A stretch of DNA of 40,255 nucleotides, from assembly GCF_001194135.2 (NCBI RefSeq), contig NC_068983.1, positions 75,957,211 to 75,997,465 of the forward strand, written 5' to 3'. This document shows positions 21,270 to 35,194 of the stretch, in pieces. The notes beneath the pieces are model-generated. The model made no database searches. It was not told the origin of the DNA and saw nothing but the letters and a program-made list of their open reading frames with translations. Position numbers and translations under genes: made by a program. How positions within the stretch are numbered: the stretch's first letter is position 1; each line of letters begins with the position of its first letter. Source of the stretch: Octopus bimaculoides (lineage: Eukaryota).

Positions 21270-22300
21270 CATACGAGAAGCGTTTATTCATCAAAATATA
21301 TTCTGTAATATATTATTGTCTGCTGCCATCGCTGTGTCAGAAGCTCAATTCCACGCTTATACTATTTGGTTGCTTTAGAGGTAAAACAATCTCCCTGCAC
21401 ACGTTTCCAACCACATCATATTGTTGAACATCCTTCCGTGCAGGAAATGAGCCATGGTGTGGAAAAGGTGGTAATCCGATGGTGCAAGGTCTGGACTCGA
21501 AGTAAGATGAGACAGTACTTCCAGCCACTCAAGTTCCTCAAATTTGCCCTTGGTCACATTGGCAGTGCGTACTGGGGCATTGTCATGCTGTAGGAATGCG
21601 CGTCTTTAACTGACCAACACCAAGTAGCCGGCTTTCAAAGCGTTTTGAACATAAAGTTTAGCGTACACAACATAACCATCTGTACTAAGCACAAAGTGCG
21701 ACTCCCTCTCGGAATTCCACCAAATACACAACATGATCTTCTGTTCAAACCACCCTTGTTTGATAATTGATTCAGAAGCTTGCTGGAACAAAGCCACCGA
21801 TTTCTTTTATTGAGATTACGGAAATAGATTCAATTTTTCATCCCCAGTTACAATTCGATACCAAAAACCGGGTATCTCGAGGATTTGTCAACAATTGTTT
21901 ACAAATGTTCGCATTGCACTGAACCTGGTCACTAGCAAATTGACGAAGAACTTCTCAACATCTTATGTTCACATTCTGAGCTTACTGAAGTGTCAATTGA
22001 TGGTGTTTTGTGAAAGACCAAGTTCAGTCGGCTAGGTTGTTGTTCAGCCATTTCAAGTAAGGCATCATCTTCTACAACAGAAGGTTTCTCTGGCCTTCGT
22101 TTGTCTTCGAGGCTGGCGTTATCTTCCTTGTAACGCCCGAACCAGTTTTGTGCCACACGTTCGTCGAAAGTTTCTAGGTCTTTCACATCATTAATTTCGT
22201 TTGCCCCTGTCCTTGCACTCAGTCATTTTTGCCACAGGTAACGCAAAATGATTCTAATTACAATTGCTGTCACCACACATTATCAAAGCTGTAAGATAAA
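21270..22300 (-). mobile_element. Decayed mariner (DD34D-type) transposon
   Basis: ERVAQNWFGRYKEDNASLEDKRRPEKP, KIMLCIWWN and EVLSHLTSSPDLAPSDYHLF occur in canonical order across frameshifts. TIRs are not clearly preserved. Confidence 0.88.
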
Positions 22301-22440
22301 TAATTAACAATTTAGCCACAATTGGACAAGTTGTATTGAATAAATGATTTAACATGAAGATAGAAGTTGCCAAGAATCATCAGTGCAAATTCTAAAAACA
22401 TTTTGATTTAACCTGGCAAGCATAAGTCGATATTCAAAGG

Positions 22441-22725
22441 AATCACAGGAATCATTTTACTACCGTAGTAGTTAAATAATATTCTTAAGGCTTGTCGCTA
22501 ATTCAGTTAACATTTTTGAAGAGGACTGGTCCCTAGCTACATTTTGGCATAAAAAATTGAGATTTTGTCCAATAGAGAAAAGTTTACATTAAAATTTGTA
22601 GTAAGGTTATAGGAGAGTAAGTAACGCCTACAGTCAAGTTTAGTTCTAAATAATTTTTTATTTATTTTAAAAGCAAAATATATTTATCTTAGCTGCAATG
22701 ATAGAAGAAAGCATGAGGAATTTCA
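22441..22725 (+). repeat. Direct repeat D1 (partner 23233-23490)
   Basis: Exact 29-bp GTTAACATTTTTGAAGAGGACTGGTCCCT at 22506 and 23360, plus shared TTGTCGCTAATTCAGTT, CAGTCAAGTTTAG and TTATTTTAAAAG. Confidence 0.85.
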
Positions 22726-23232
22726 TAGTTTTGATCCCATGCAACAAAAATTTGTATAAAAAACATTGTGAGGTTAAATATGAAAAAATATAAGTAATGG
22801 AAAAGTATGATTGGAAAAATATAAGAAATGAATTTAAGTATGATTAACTTTTTTATGTTAAAAGTAAACTATATTTTAATAAGGCTAAAAGGATGGAGCT
22901 CAATTTGAAGAATTTCATGGTTTCAACCTCATGCAATGGAGTTTTAAAAGAAAAAGTTATGAGTGTTTGTTTTTCAAATTTGAGGGTGATAAGATATTTC
23001 TATACTTTTTTTATGAATATAGTTCTATAAGGGGACTTTTAATATATGTCACCGCCATCATTGAGATAAGGAAAATATTACCAACGACACAGTTAATTCG
23101 TAATTAGTTTAATTACGCCATCTGTATTAATTAATGCAATTGTATCATGTAAACACAGTCCCGCAATATCTGAGACGAGAAACAGAATCGTAGTAGTTTA
23201 CATTGATAGGGATTTCTCAGTTTTTAAGACTT

Positions 23233-23490
23233 CTCAAAGAATCATTCAACTACAGTAGTAGTTGAATTAGGCCACAATATTCTTAAGGCCACAATTTACT
23301 CACACGCAGCATCTTGCAGAGCTTTGTCGCTAATTCAGTTTTGAACCAAATTGAAAACTGTTAACATTTTTGAAGAGGACTGGTCCCTGTAAGTTACGTC
23401 TCCAGTCAAGTTTAGATCTAAATAACTCCTTTATTTTAAAAGTAAAATACATTTACTTTAGCTTATATAATAGAAAAAAGCACATGGTAA
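23233..23490 (+). repeat. Direct repeat D2
   Basis: Colinear with D1, with reciprocal indels. Confidence 0.85.
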
Positions 23491-23553
23491 AATCTCAAAT
23501 CATTAATTGACTCATTATTAATTAGCATAATAGCATAGCCTGGAAAAACATGG

Positions 23554-24414
23554 ATTACATGGAAAAATGCGAGCAAGAGAAATAACACTCTTACGAAAAG
23601 TACAGAACAAATTATAACACTTGGAAAAGTTCAAGACAAGTTATTACATCTGGTAAAGTACAGAACAAGAAAACTTTAACTTAAAATATTACAGCTAATA
23701 ATAAAATCTGAATATTAAATATTAATCAATTTTAATTATAATTAAAAAAGGTACCATCATCTTGTTAAAGTATTCACACACTAGAATACTTAAAAAATGA
23801 AAGCCAGAAGTACCAATATAGCTAATTTTCTATGCAAAGTAGAATAGTATTAGTATATACGGTAGGCAAGTTCATTATGTAAAAATTAGGCATTGGGTCA
23901 AGACTAAAAGTGTGAAGACTTGGCAATAACTTAGGCAATAACTCAAGCAAATTTTACTGTGAATTTGTTGTTATAGGTAGATTTTAGTGCAATATATAAC
24001 TATTTTTTATTAGTCTATTTATTGTATTAACAATGTGTTTCGACTAATTTTATAATCTATTTTTTAATTTCTAATTATTAATTAATAATTAAAACATGAT
24101 GTTTTTAAAGTGCCAAAAATATTTTGAGTTATTTTTTTTATTTTCAATAGAAGTAACAAGTAATAACAAATAGAAGTAATAACTTGCTATAATATTTCTA
24201 GTTTTAATAAAAGCTAATGTTTTCTAAGTCCAAATATTTTATTTGAAATTTTATGCTGAGCTGCAATATTTTAAGCAAAAATTTCTTTGTTCTCTACTTT
24301 ACCAGATGTAACAACTTGTCTTGAACTTTTCCAAGTGTAATAATTTGTCCTGAACTTTTCCAAGTTTATAATCTTAAGAATATTATTTCTCTTGTTCACC
24401 TTTTTCCATGTAAT
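23554..24414. mobile_element. Foldback/MITE-like element with long inverted arms (23554-23716 and 24232-24414)
   Basis: A 52-bp core ACACTTGGAAAAGTTCAAGACAAGTT(A/G)TTACATCTGGTAAAGTA(C/G)AGAACAA differs at 2 positions between the arms. The arms contain internal subrepeats, and the AT-rich spacer is non-coding. Confidence 0.7.
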
Positions 24415-24429
24415 AACAATATTTTGGGA

Positions 24430-25900
24430 ATGTTCTTATGATAATATTCTGTGGGGTTTTACATGTGTTTGGATGTTTAGAAGTAAGTTCTCCAACTGTG
24501 GTTGTAGGTTTTCGGGTTGTGTGACTACAAACTGTGCCTTACGCATGCACAGGTGGTCATCCAATATGAGTATTTTTTGTCAGTGCGAGTTATTTGTGTA
24601 ACAATCTGCTATGGTACAACTGCGCTGTTTTATATTCTTTGTGGTTTATTGTGGCATGTTGTAAAAATACTGGGACACTGACAGAACTAGCCTAGTCCAT
24701 GACATTGTTCTTCCACCAGTGTTGTTGTTTCTTTCGGTTGACTAAATGTGGTATCAGTAATTGATCCAATTATGTTTGTGATTCGTTCCAGTTGTATGTG
24801 TGCTGTGAAGGTTTCGAACAAGTTGTGCCTATCATTTAGTATTTTTCTCTTCTGTGTGTGCGTGTTCTATAGCTATGCTGTTGATTGTTATTTGTGTTTA
24901 GTATTCTCCAGTGTTGCTAATAAAGTCACTGTAAATTTGGTCGATACTATTTTCAGCCTGTTGTTGTGGAGCCAGTTTTGTATGTAATTTATGTAGGCTT
25001 GAACGAATCGTCTGGACAGTGGTAGGAAGACGTCATTTGTGCACAAAAACTATCTGTATGTTTGTTTTGTAGAGGTGTGAACGTAGTGTATATATAAGAT
25101 AGAAAGGACAGATCATTATGGTACACCACTTGGGAAGTTGTAAGTGCTAGAAATCTAGTTCTTGTACACTAAATAAATATGGAGGCTTAACAGCATTTTC
25201 AGTTGTTGGAATTTAGGTTACCTTTGATAAAGTATTCCATCTTTGACAACTTTCTTTGTATTCCTATCTTTTCCAGTGTTTCTTTGCATTTTTAACGTGA
25301 TGGGAAAGCGCATTGCGATAAATTTTATAGTAGTATCATATATGTTTTGTATGAATGAATTAAAAAGTTTTCTGATGTCGATGACAAAATGAACCGAGAG
25401 AGTTTTATTTTGTTATTGAATCCATCATATATTTTCTTGAGAGTTACGCTTGAGAGTAATGTAGTGGTTGAGCGAAGCGGTCTCAATCAGTGTGGTTTTT
25501 AATGGTTGAGAATGTCCAATGAAGGCGTTTGCTTGGAATTGTACTATATTTGTATTATCTGAGATTGTTGTTGTGACATGAAATGTAGTATGAGCATGTT
25601 GTTGTTAGTGATATTGCTAATTACTCTAGTGTTTTACTTCTTTTTTGCGTTTTATGTTGGATCAAATTTTTGCTAGATCTGAATATCTATTTAATATTCA
25701 AGAACATTTTCTTGTTTGATGCTGAGTTTGATTTTAGTTGTTTGAGGTGTTGGTATATTGTGTTTGAGATTGTCACAAGTTTCTATCTGGTTAACCGCTT
25801 CTAGTTTCTATTTGTAGTCGTATATTTTATATTGCCTTGTAGGATATGCTTTTCTTTCGATGCGTCTATTAATATTTTGATATCATTTGGGATACCTATA
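24430..25900 (-). mobile_element. Heavily decayed APE-type LINE reverse transcriptase (I/Jockey group, ingi/Nimb-like)
   Basis: The minus strand gives IYDGFNNK..IDIRKLF, SGVP, IQAYINYIQNWLHNNRLKIVSTKFTVTL, KIL..TFTAH and GSITDTTFSQPKET in RT-to-C-terminal order. Confidence 0.7.
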
Positions 25901-27224
25901 TATTTAATGTAAGTTTACATATGCTATACGACCAGTACAATATGAAAGGGTCTACTTGCTTTGATCTGAGTGCAATTTAAAATATTGGCTGTTATATATT
26001 GAATTAATAAGAATGTTACTTGCATTATTGCTATGCCAATGGAATATGTAATGGCGAAAGCATTTAGTTCCGTTAAGGTGCTTTTGACGCCGTTACCGTT
26101 GTACTAAAGACGTTTAGCTTTTTATCCGCAGTATGCTTTAAAATATGTCATGATGTTGAGAAAAGAGATAACGATATTACCTGTCAGTATAGTTGCTGTT
26201 GTAATTATTGTTATCATAGACGTACATAATTTATTACATATATTGTGCGCTTGTAACACTCTTATAATTGATGAGTGTTTTGTAGTACTAAACCCAGCTA
26301 CTCTAGAGACGCTACCTTACAGAACATAAAAATATAAGTTATCCAGTCACATAAAAAAAGAAGAGTTCATTGGATATACAATCCTGGATATACAAAAAGA
26401 CAAAATTGTCACGATTGGAACTCCGCTTGGTCATAGGTTTGCTTGGTCAGGACTGAAGTGGAGCTCAACATCAACATTAACATCAAATTACACTATTTAT
26501 TTATTCTTCCTCAAATCCATTTATCAAACACAGAACCATTCACAATGTTCAGGCAATAGAATTCCCTAAATAACCAATAGAAATCGCGGAAACTAGTGAT
26601 GGTCAGCTTTGGTAATTAGTGAGAAGAAACAGGGTTTAAAAGAGGAAAAAGCTAACGTTTTGGGAAGCAGAGCTCTTTGACAGGTATCTTAGACGTCTCT
26701 ACTTTCTCACGAATTTAAGAAAAAAAAATGCTATTTATAGAATTAGATAATTTAAGTTTTCGCATTAGACATTATCTTGTTATTATTTGTTTTCTTATTT
26801 GTTTATTTAGTCAAAATTATTTTATATTGAAAGAAAAATATTTTCTTTAATGCTGCATATGTATTTAAGTGTGAGAAAAGAACACAAAAATAAGCAAGCT
26901 AGTCTTTTGACAATAGTTTGTCACGAGGTTTCTGATAAAGAACAAGAAAACATTTTCTTTGATAGAAGTTAAATTCTTTGTTTATTTCCAGAATTAAATA
27001 TTCTACACGAATGGATATCATTTGTACAATTCATAAAAGAAATGTTCTTTGTCTTCGCGGTTTTTTTATATATTTAAACTGTTGAGACGTTATCGATACT
27101 TTTCAAAAGTTGATTTTAAAGATATTCTTTTTTATATTTGTTTTATTTGGTCCCTTGCTGTTTGGAATCGGTTTGAAAGAAACTGTAAACTACTATTGTA
27201 ACACAAACATAAATACATTCATGT

Positions 27225-27297
27225 ACATACCCATACACACAAACACACACAGACAAACACACGCACACACACGCACGCACACACGCACACACACACA

Positions 27298-27341
<44 letters not shown>

Positions 27342-27607
27342 AGCAAATACATGCATGAGTGCGTATCTGTATGCAAGCATATAAACACATCCACAAAATA
27401 TATATAGACACATACATCTAGACATTATATCTGTCTGTCTCCCTCATTCTCTCTCTCTCTCACTCTATCTTTCATGCAAAGAACTAATACCTCCAAAATC
27501 CTAGTCAAATGCACACACACACGTATTACATTTATGCATAGCAACTCATGCACATACATATATATGTGTACAAAAACATACACAGACACAAGCATTTGCA
27601 TATACCA

Positions 27608-27656
<49 letters not shown>

Positions 27657-27660
27657 TACA
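27225..27660. repeat. (CA)n/(CT)n-rich simple-repeat cluster
   Basis: Directly visible. Confidence 0.9.
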
Positions 27661-28090
27661 ATCACATATACTCACATATACTCACACGTGACACACAGTA
27701 TTAGGCACCACACAGCACAACACAGCACGCACAGGTAAGCCCTGCGGTGCTGTTTCTTTAAACGGTCATGTCTCCTGTGGTGTTAAAGCTGCCAGTATTA
27801 GAACATTTTAAACACGCAGTATCAATGCCTGGCAACTAATTTTACATTACATTCTATAGATTTCAAAATTAGGCACTGCATAATTTTATTTTATGTTTCC
27901 CTCTAGAAGTTAAAAAAAAAAGAAGGAAGAAAGTCTTTTTACAATTAGATTATCTCCTGAGAATTATATTTAGTTTGGAAGACGAATAACAAAGGAAAAG
28001 AAAAAAAAATGCCAGAAAGTAACCCCAAAACACAACCAAACAAAATAAAGAATAAATAAAAGAAATTAGATAAGAAAAATTTTATTTCAG

Positions 28091-28180
28091 GGTTGTATGC
28101 ATACAATGTATCACCAACTGTCTCATCAGTGATGACTCAACGTTAGAATGTAATTGTTCCGCTGCTATTACAAAGTCTTT
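28091..28180 (+). CDS. Candidate 90-nt Cys-rich internal exon of an unidentified host gene
   Basis: TTTATTTCAG acceptor, GTATGT donor, length 3n; the only open frame is VVCIQCITNCLISDDSTLECNCSAAITKS. Confidence 0.35.
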
Positions 28181-29545
28181 GTATGTGAGATATTTTCAAC
28201 AATAAAAATACTAGTGAATGAATATCGTCTACTACTTTTGAACCACTACCAATCTTTCACAGATGTAACAGTATCTTGGCTATTTTATTTTGTCTTTTTA
28301 ATTGACTGTAGGTGAGAAAGAAGTTTTGATTTATTTATTCATTTAACTTGATGCACAGATCAATTATCACCGTATTTCTTTTTGAATTTCTTTTTGACAG
28401 TTTAATCAAATTCTGTTTAGGTGCAACATTTTTTAATGAGGTGGTTAGGCCAAGATAGCTAAACTAGACAGTAAATAATCTTTTAAAAAGGCGCAATATT
28501 GCCGAATTCTTGTTTCGAGTCTTTTATAAATGCAGCACGATTAGATAAATATTGTAGTAAAATAAATAGGTTGTATCCAATTTATTTAAATTCCAACTTT
28601 GGAGAGGCATACACGTCTTTAAATATGTAACCATGTAACTGTATTAAGCATGAAATAAGGAGATATTTGCATACTGGACAGTTATTACTGTACTTTATCT
28701 GTTTCCAGCTAGAGGAAAGGATTAGTGTCTTTAAAACCGGTATCTGATTGCTACGCAAACGAGTGTTACATCAATTGTATTACAGCAGACATAATACATG
28801 GCTTTAGATTACAGAGTTTATATAATGTAGATCAGTAATTTTTTTCTTTTCCTTCTTGGCAAGCAGAACTTTCGGCAGCCGTGGTGCGTAGATAATTATC
28901 TATATGTTCTTTACTATAAATTACTTTATCTAAAACATAATTCCGTGATAATACATAGACATACATAAATCTCCATACACACGTACACACATGCACGCAC
29001 GCACACACACACGCACACACACACATACACACACAGACTCACATTCACACATATGTATAAAGACGGAACGCGAGTGGAATGACTTGGGTGGCAGAAGTCA
29101 GCACTTCAAGATTTTTAGTTATAACTATCAAGGTTATAAAATACAGACTTTGACGATTGTGTATACAACTTTACTCAATGTAGAATTTCGCGACACAAAG
29201 ATACAGGCATAGAAATACCTGGATCTCTATCAATTTTGATGATGACGTTTAAGTTGATCGTTTAACTTATTGTAAATGGCTTAGTATTCTGCATACTATT
29301 TCTCATGCAAAATCAGCATGACACAATGTGTGACAAAACCGAAATATTGAATAACATGTGCAATTCATCCATCGGAGGGGATTCCATGAAGCTCCTATTT
29401 CAAAAGACTTAGGTCATCCAAGGCTTTCGTACAAGACTTTACGTACAATACTACGCAGTAGGATCGAAAACAGTCCTGACTATATTGTTACTACAGATTT
29501 GTGACTGAGAAACGAAATTCTTACTCATTGTTCCACGTCGCTTTC

Positions 29546-29584
<39 letters not shown>

Positions 29585-31599
29585 TACGTACACACACACA
29601 CAAACATCATACACACATGCATACATACAGACACACACATACACACACTGGTGCGCATAAACATACGCATGCACACACATACATATAAACGGTGTCTGAG
29701 TCTGCTTGCAACTGTATAGGCGTTTTAAATCAACTAGAGTAGTGACATCTAAGTGCAGCATATACTTACATGGATTTATATATATATATATAAGCATGCA
29801 GAAACATACATAGATGAGCCAGTGAGAGAGCCTGAATGTGGTAGCTTGAGATAACGGTCATATAAACAGAGTGGCTAATGTAATCTTGAAAAATGTATTA
29901 AAAATAACAAAACATGATGAAGACTGAAGTGGCTTTCACTATGGGATCTGCTCGGTCAAGGTTGACCTATGACTAAACAACATGACCGACAGCAGTAACA
30001 GCAGTAGCAGCAGTGACATCATCAGCAACAACAACAATAACAACAGCAGCAACAATAACAACAACGATAACAACAACAGTAACAAGAACAACAAACACAA
30101 GGAAAACAGAAAGATAGACAAATAGATAAGAAATGGGATGGATATCATAATGTACAGGTTTATAAGCAGGTACTCAATGACTCGGTGACAACAAATACCA
30201 CTATCATAACTAAAAAAAATTAGAGAGGTACACATGGTTGCTCGATCTGCTTGCAATAGGAACCGAATCTCTCTCAAATCTCACTGATTCATATTAGATA
30301 AAAATGGAAAGATTAGAAAATGTATTCGTATATACCGCTATAAAAACACGATGACGAGGATTGGAACGCCGTTGATTGTAGGTTTACACGTAGAGCTAAC
30401 GTGGAGCGTAACACTTCTATAACATTATCAAATCCACCGTTACTAATACCAAGACTAGAGATTCGTAATGATAAAATGTAAAGTCTTTGACATAACACTT
30501 TCAAAACACTAAATCTTCTACGAATCATATAGCGCAGCCAATTTGCATAGCAAATTCTAGATTTCCTCCCAAGGGCAAAAATATTTCAGCTTTGAATAAG
30601 TCAGTGATTCTCTGCAATGCTATTACTCACATATTTGGAAGAGTATGCTGTTATAAACACTAAAATTCTAGACTGTGAACAAAAACTACTCATCGCAATG
30701 GTTATTAAATAATCACTTATCAAGCTATTTCACTCATATATTTTTGAGGGAGAGTAGAGTGGATTAAATCAACTCAGAGTACCATGTGCTGAAATATGGT
30801 ACATTTATCGAGTATTTCGGTACAATCATGCAATGTGTCTCAGTCCTGAACCGAACAAATAACGAGAAGACATTTATTCATTATTCAGTATCGAACTAAA
30901 GTAACACTGATCTCAACCAGGCATAGATTGTTGTTGATGTGTAATCAATTACTATACTCAATATTTCTGAAACGCATACACCAGCCACAATATCGACACA
31001 CACACGCACGCACACACACAAACACATACACACTCGCACACGCACACGAACGCAACCCGACGTAACAAGTAAATAAATGAGTAGATAAATCAATAAATTA
31101 TGAAAGCTGTAACTGTACATTGGAAACTATTTTCTACACGCCTATCATTTTATAAATAATATCACTCGAAACTTGGGGAAATTATCAAAACTTTTCCATC
31201 TTTTGTATTTTTCATTTGGCGAACGACAAATGGCTATCACAATTCATTCAGTCGTTGGTTATATATCGTAAATAGCTACAGGCTTGAGAGTACCTGATAA
31301 ACATGGAATTTAAGAATCATGTGTAAGCTACTGCAACACGATATAATTGGATTTTAGATTTTAGCAATTCTTATACTTGCTAATATAAGGTATCGTTACC
31401 TGCGAAACATCAATAATGTTTCAATAACCAATAAGAATTACACTGCAAACAACAGGTACAGAAATAATAGAACGTTTTGAAAATAGTTTTCAGGAAAACG
31501 GTAAAAGATAAGCAAATAGAAAAGAAAATGTCTAAAATGTATACTTATGCATTTATAGATGTAACAGACAATTGACTGTTGATGCTGTTTAGCACCTAC

Positions 31600-31880
31600 C
31601 GAAAACCTAACCGAGCAGACCTACGATTTAAGTTATTCCAACCATTCTTCATTTTCCTTTTTTAAAGTTTATGTAAGAATATATTATCTAATGACTTAGC
31701 CTTATGTAAGACAGCAAGATGTGATGAGAAAGATTTAGTTGTTATTTTTATCAGGTCAAGTGATACATAGAAACTCCCTTTTGGTCTTGTGAGACCGCTG
31801 ATTATTGTTATTGTTCAGCTCTAGATAAAACCTAACTAAGCAGACCTATAATCAAAGAACTCCAACAGTGGTCATTCCAT
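31600..31880 (+). repeat. Two fragments of one interspersed repeat (AAAACCTAAC..AGCAGACCTA), with an inverted relative near 26415-26445
   Basis: The motif occurs at about 31602 and 31827; TCATAGGTTTGCTTGGTC lies near 26430. Confidence 0.5.
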
Positions 31881-32261
31881 CTTTTTCCAATGTTCAGGTA
31901 ATCCAAAGCTATATGGTTTAACTTGTAATTCTCTAAGATAAAAGGAAATTATCAAAATGAACACTTTTGCAGCCTGAGCACAATCTACAAAGGTATAAAC
32001 ATCAATGTTGTTAAACGATGGCTTAACTGGCCTAAACTTCGAAGTCATTGTCAACAACATTCTTGTATAAGAATAATAAATTGTCGTAGGTATGACACAT
32101 CTTTTTTTTTTATCTCCAATACAGTAGCAGTATAGTCAGGATAGTTTGAGATCAAATTTTGGCATTAATGTGGGATTATTTCCTTTGTCTGAATCTGCTA
32201 TATCTATTTTAAATCTGAAGTAAAAAAATTGAATTTAAAATTTTTTTTTATGAATTTATGC

Positions 32262-32560
32262 CTTTCCTTGAGGGTTCTGGTCAGAAGAAGATACTGACCA
32301 TTTACCCAATTAGCTCTAAGTCAGTTCTTTTACGCAATTTGCAAAATGACTGGGTGCACCGTCTCGCTGGAAAGCGATAGTGGATGATTATACAAATAGA
32401 CAACTTCTGTTGAGCAGCCAATGTTTTTAGAGCGCATTGTTGTAACTTGAGACATGATACAAATACCAGTTCTTCATGTTGCAGGCGTTGAACTCATTAT
32501 AATGGATAGGTGTTCCTGGATCTGATGCCGAGGATTGTATGCTGAGTTTGGTGTTCGAAG
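32262..32560 (-). mobile_element. Tc1-like transposase remnant
   Basis: The minus strand reads FQRDGAPSHFANCVKEL...GKWSVSSSDQNP, corresponding to FQQDGAPxH and WPxxSPDLNP. The extent is uncertain. Confidence 0.6.
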
Positions 32561-33306
32561 AATAGAAGGAGAATTAGATTATAAATCGCTTAATGGATAT
32601 GTTTTTTATTATGTATTATTTTTAGTTAGATTTCCTTAGTCTTCCTTAGTTCAAGTTTTATGACTCTACCAAAATTACAAACGAACCTTGATTTTCTGTT
32701 ATAACTAGACATTTTTCAATGGACCTCATGTTACTAGATTGAAGGTTCTATAATGAATGTCATATTATCTAGGTATTGCATTTTGCCTTACTTGCAGCTA
32801 TGAGTTGCAAGGCATAACTAGATGTAAATATAAATAGGAATACAGCAGATGCAATTGCACGATCGATTTGAAGTGAGTTGGGAAATACCTGACAGATAGT
32901 TTAATTCACTGATTAAAATCGAGGAATACATCGAGATGATATTTTCCTTAACTTGATTTCAATGACAATCAAAACCAAAAACTGACATATTTTTTCAGAT
33001 GACAGTTGTAGGAATTAATTAAATCTAGATATCTTATATGTCACGCCGAAAATGAAATCATATAACTCCGTCATCATATACCATAGTGGGTAACATAAAT
33101 TAATTTGTTACTGATAAATATCTAGAAAATAATCAGCTTTATAATTGTATTTCGGGAGTATCATTATGCAAACCAACGCATTCATGGTTGTTTTTGAAAA
33201 TGCAACTAAAAATCAAGTATATTACAATCCGGTCAGAGTGTAAGATAGAACTTGCAAGATGAAAATGCAATTTTAATAGACTATGTATATGTATGTATGT
33301 ATATAT

Positions 33307-33640
33307 NNNNNNNNNNNNNNNNNNNNNNNNNNNNNNNNNNNNNNNNNNNNNNNNNNNNNNNNNNNNNNNNNNNNNNNNNNNNNNNNNNNNNNNNNNNNNN
33401 NNNNNNNNNNNNNNNNNNNNNNNNNNNNNNNNNNNNNNNNNNNNNNNNNNNNNNNNNNNNNNNNNNNNNNNNNNNNNNNNNNNNNNNNNNNNNNNNNNNN
33501 NNNNNNNNNNNNNNNNNNNNNNNNNNNNNNNNNNNNNNNNNNNNNNNNNNNNNNNNNNNNNNNNNNNNNNNNNNNNNNNNNNNNNNNNNNNNNNNNNNNN
33601 NNNNNNNNNNNNNNNNNNNNNNNNNNNNNNNNNNNNNNNT
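33307..33640. other. Assembly gap (334 N) within (TA)n
   Basis: N run. Confidence 1.
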
Positions 33641-33647
33641 ATACATG

Positions 33648-33679
<32 letters not shown>

Positions 33680-33705
33680 TATACGTATATATATTTAAGT
33701 ATATA

Positions 33706-33754
<49 letters not shown>

Positions 33755-34379
33755 TAGCAAACTATTAGAGACGAAAGCAGTATTACTGAGAAGTAATCTT
33801 TATTGCGATAAACATTACTTCTTTCTCTTTGTCTGTCTGTGTCTGTTTGCCTGTCTGTCTCTCTTTTTCTCCACTCTCTCTCCTTCTCCCCACTGTCTGT
33901 CTTTCTCTCCCCCTATCTCTATGTATATATATGTATGTATGTACGTACGTACGTACGTACGTACGTATGCATGTATGTATGTATGTATGTATGTACGTAT
34001 GCATGTATGTAGTAGAAAATGTGTGTAGAAAAAGAAATACGACTGATACTATAATATTTAGATCGCCATGTACATTATCACAATCTAATCTTCTCTCGGT
34101 AAAGTTGTTGATTAATTCTTATTCTGAGTATTTTAACTAGTTATGAACTACAGACCAAATGTAGGAGAAATAAATATGATCACAACTACTTTTCACCTTA
34201 ATGTTTGTTTATAGCCCTGTCATAAAAGTTCCAAGTGCATTTAGATACTCAATGACAGCAGATCATCAGAGACCCAATTGCAGAGGTCCAAAAACCATAG
34301 AGGTGAAATACGATTAGGAAGTGTTATATAAATTTGTGTTTATCCTTCCACACACAAACAAACATACACACACGTATAT

Positions 34380-34401
34380 CCATCTATCCATCCATCCATC
34401 C

Positions 34402-34481
<80 letters not shown>

Positions 34482-34515
34482 CTGTGTGTGTGTGTGTCTG
34501 TGTGTGTGTGTGTGT
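34380..34515. repeat. (TCCA)n(TCTA)n followed by (TG)n
   Basis: Directly visible. Confidence 0.95.
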
Positions 34516-35194
34516 TATAAATTAGAACAAACAGTAAAAGGTTGTCATTATAGTACTCGAAGTTTCGAATGCCGTTGCTGAGAGCTACGATACATTTTGG
34601 TCAGCTATTAATGGCAACAGACGCTACAAAAAACAAAAACAAAAACAAAAAACCGTTAAATATAAGGGAGGTAACTATAATAGGTGGAAAAAGAATAAGG
34701 CAAAGATAAAAAATATCATTAAAAAGTATATAAAATACTTATATTTAAAAAATCAACAATCACACCCTAAGCTTCAGACACTGGAATAAACGAATGGCTA
34801 TCAAATTATCCAGTTATATATGGTTCTTAAAAGAACGAGGTGACAGCTACAGGATTTACTGTATCCTAGTCAAGTGTAAACCTTATACCAACGGTAGTGG
34901 CAAATGCGGATTTGTAATATGGAAAGATGGCTCATCTAGAATAGTGCCTTAGACCCTGCTACATGTTTTAATTCAAGAACTGAACACTTTGGATAATATC
35001 TACATGTGACAAAATACCTGTGACCGTTTTGCCCCCACCTCAAGATCATGGTTAGAATCCACATTTCTTCTAAGTTCCTTCACAAACTTACCCATATGTT
35101 TTAACTTCCATTAATTTAAAATTTTTACATATACTTTTTCATTTTTTCCTTTTCTTTTTTAATTGTATGAGTGTTTACGTGTGTGTGTATATGT

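Noticed and set aside
26651-26684. Hammerhead-ribozyme-like remnant on the minus strand (CTGTCAAAGAGCTCTGCTTCCCAAAACGTTAG), with a similar trace near 36735-36790
   Set aside because: The catalytic core CTGANGA and GAAA are both mutated and no supporting stems are seen; at most a dead Penelope-type terminal relic.
28075-28135. CTGATGAG...GAAA on the minus strand as a hammerhead candidate
   Set aside because: Stem II cannot form.
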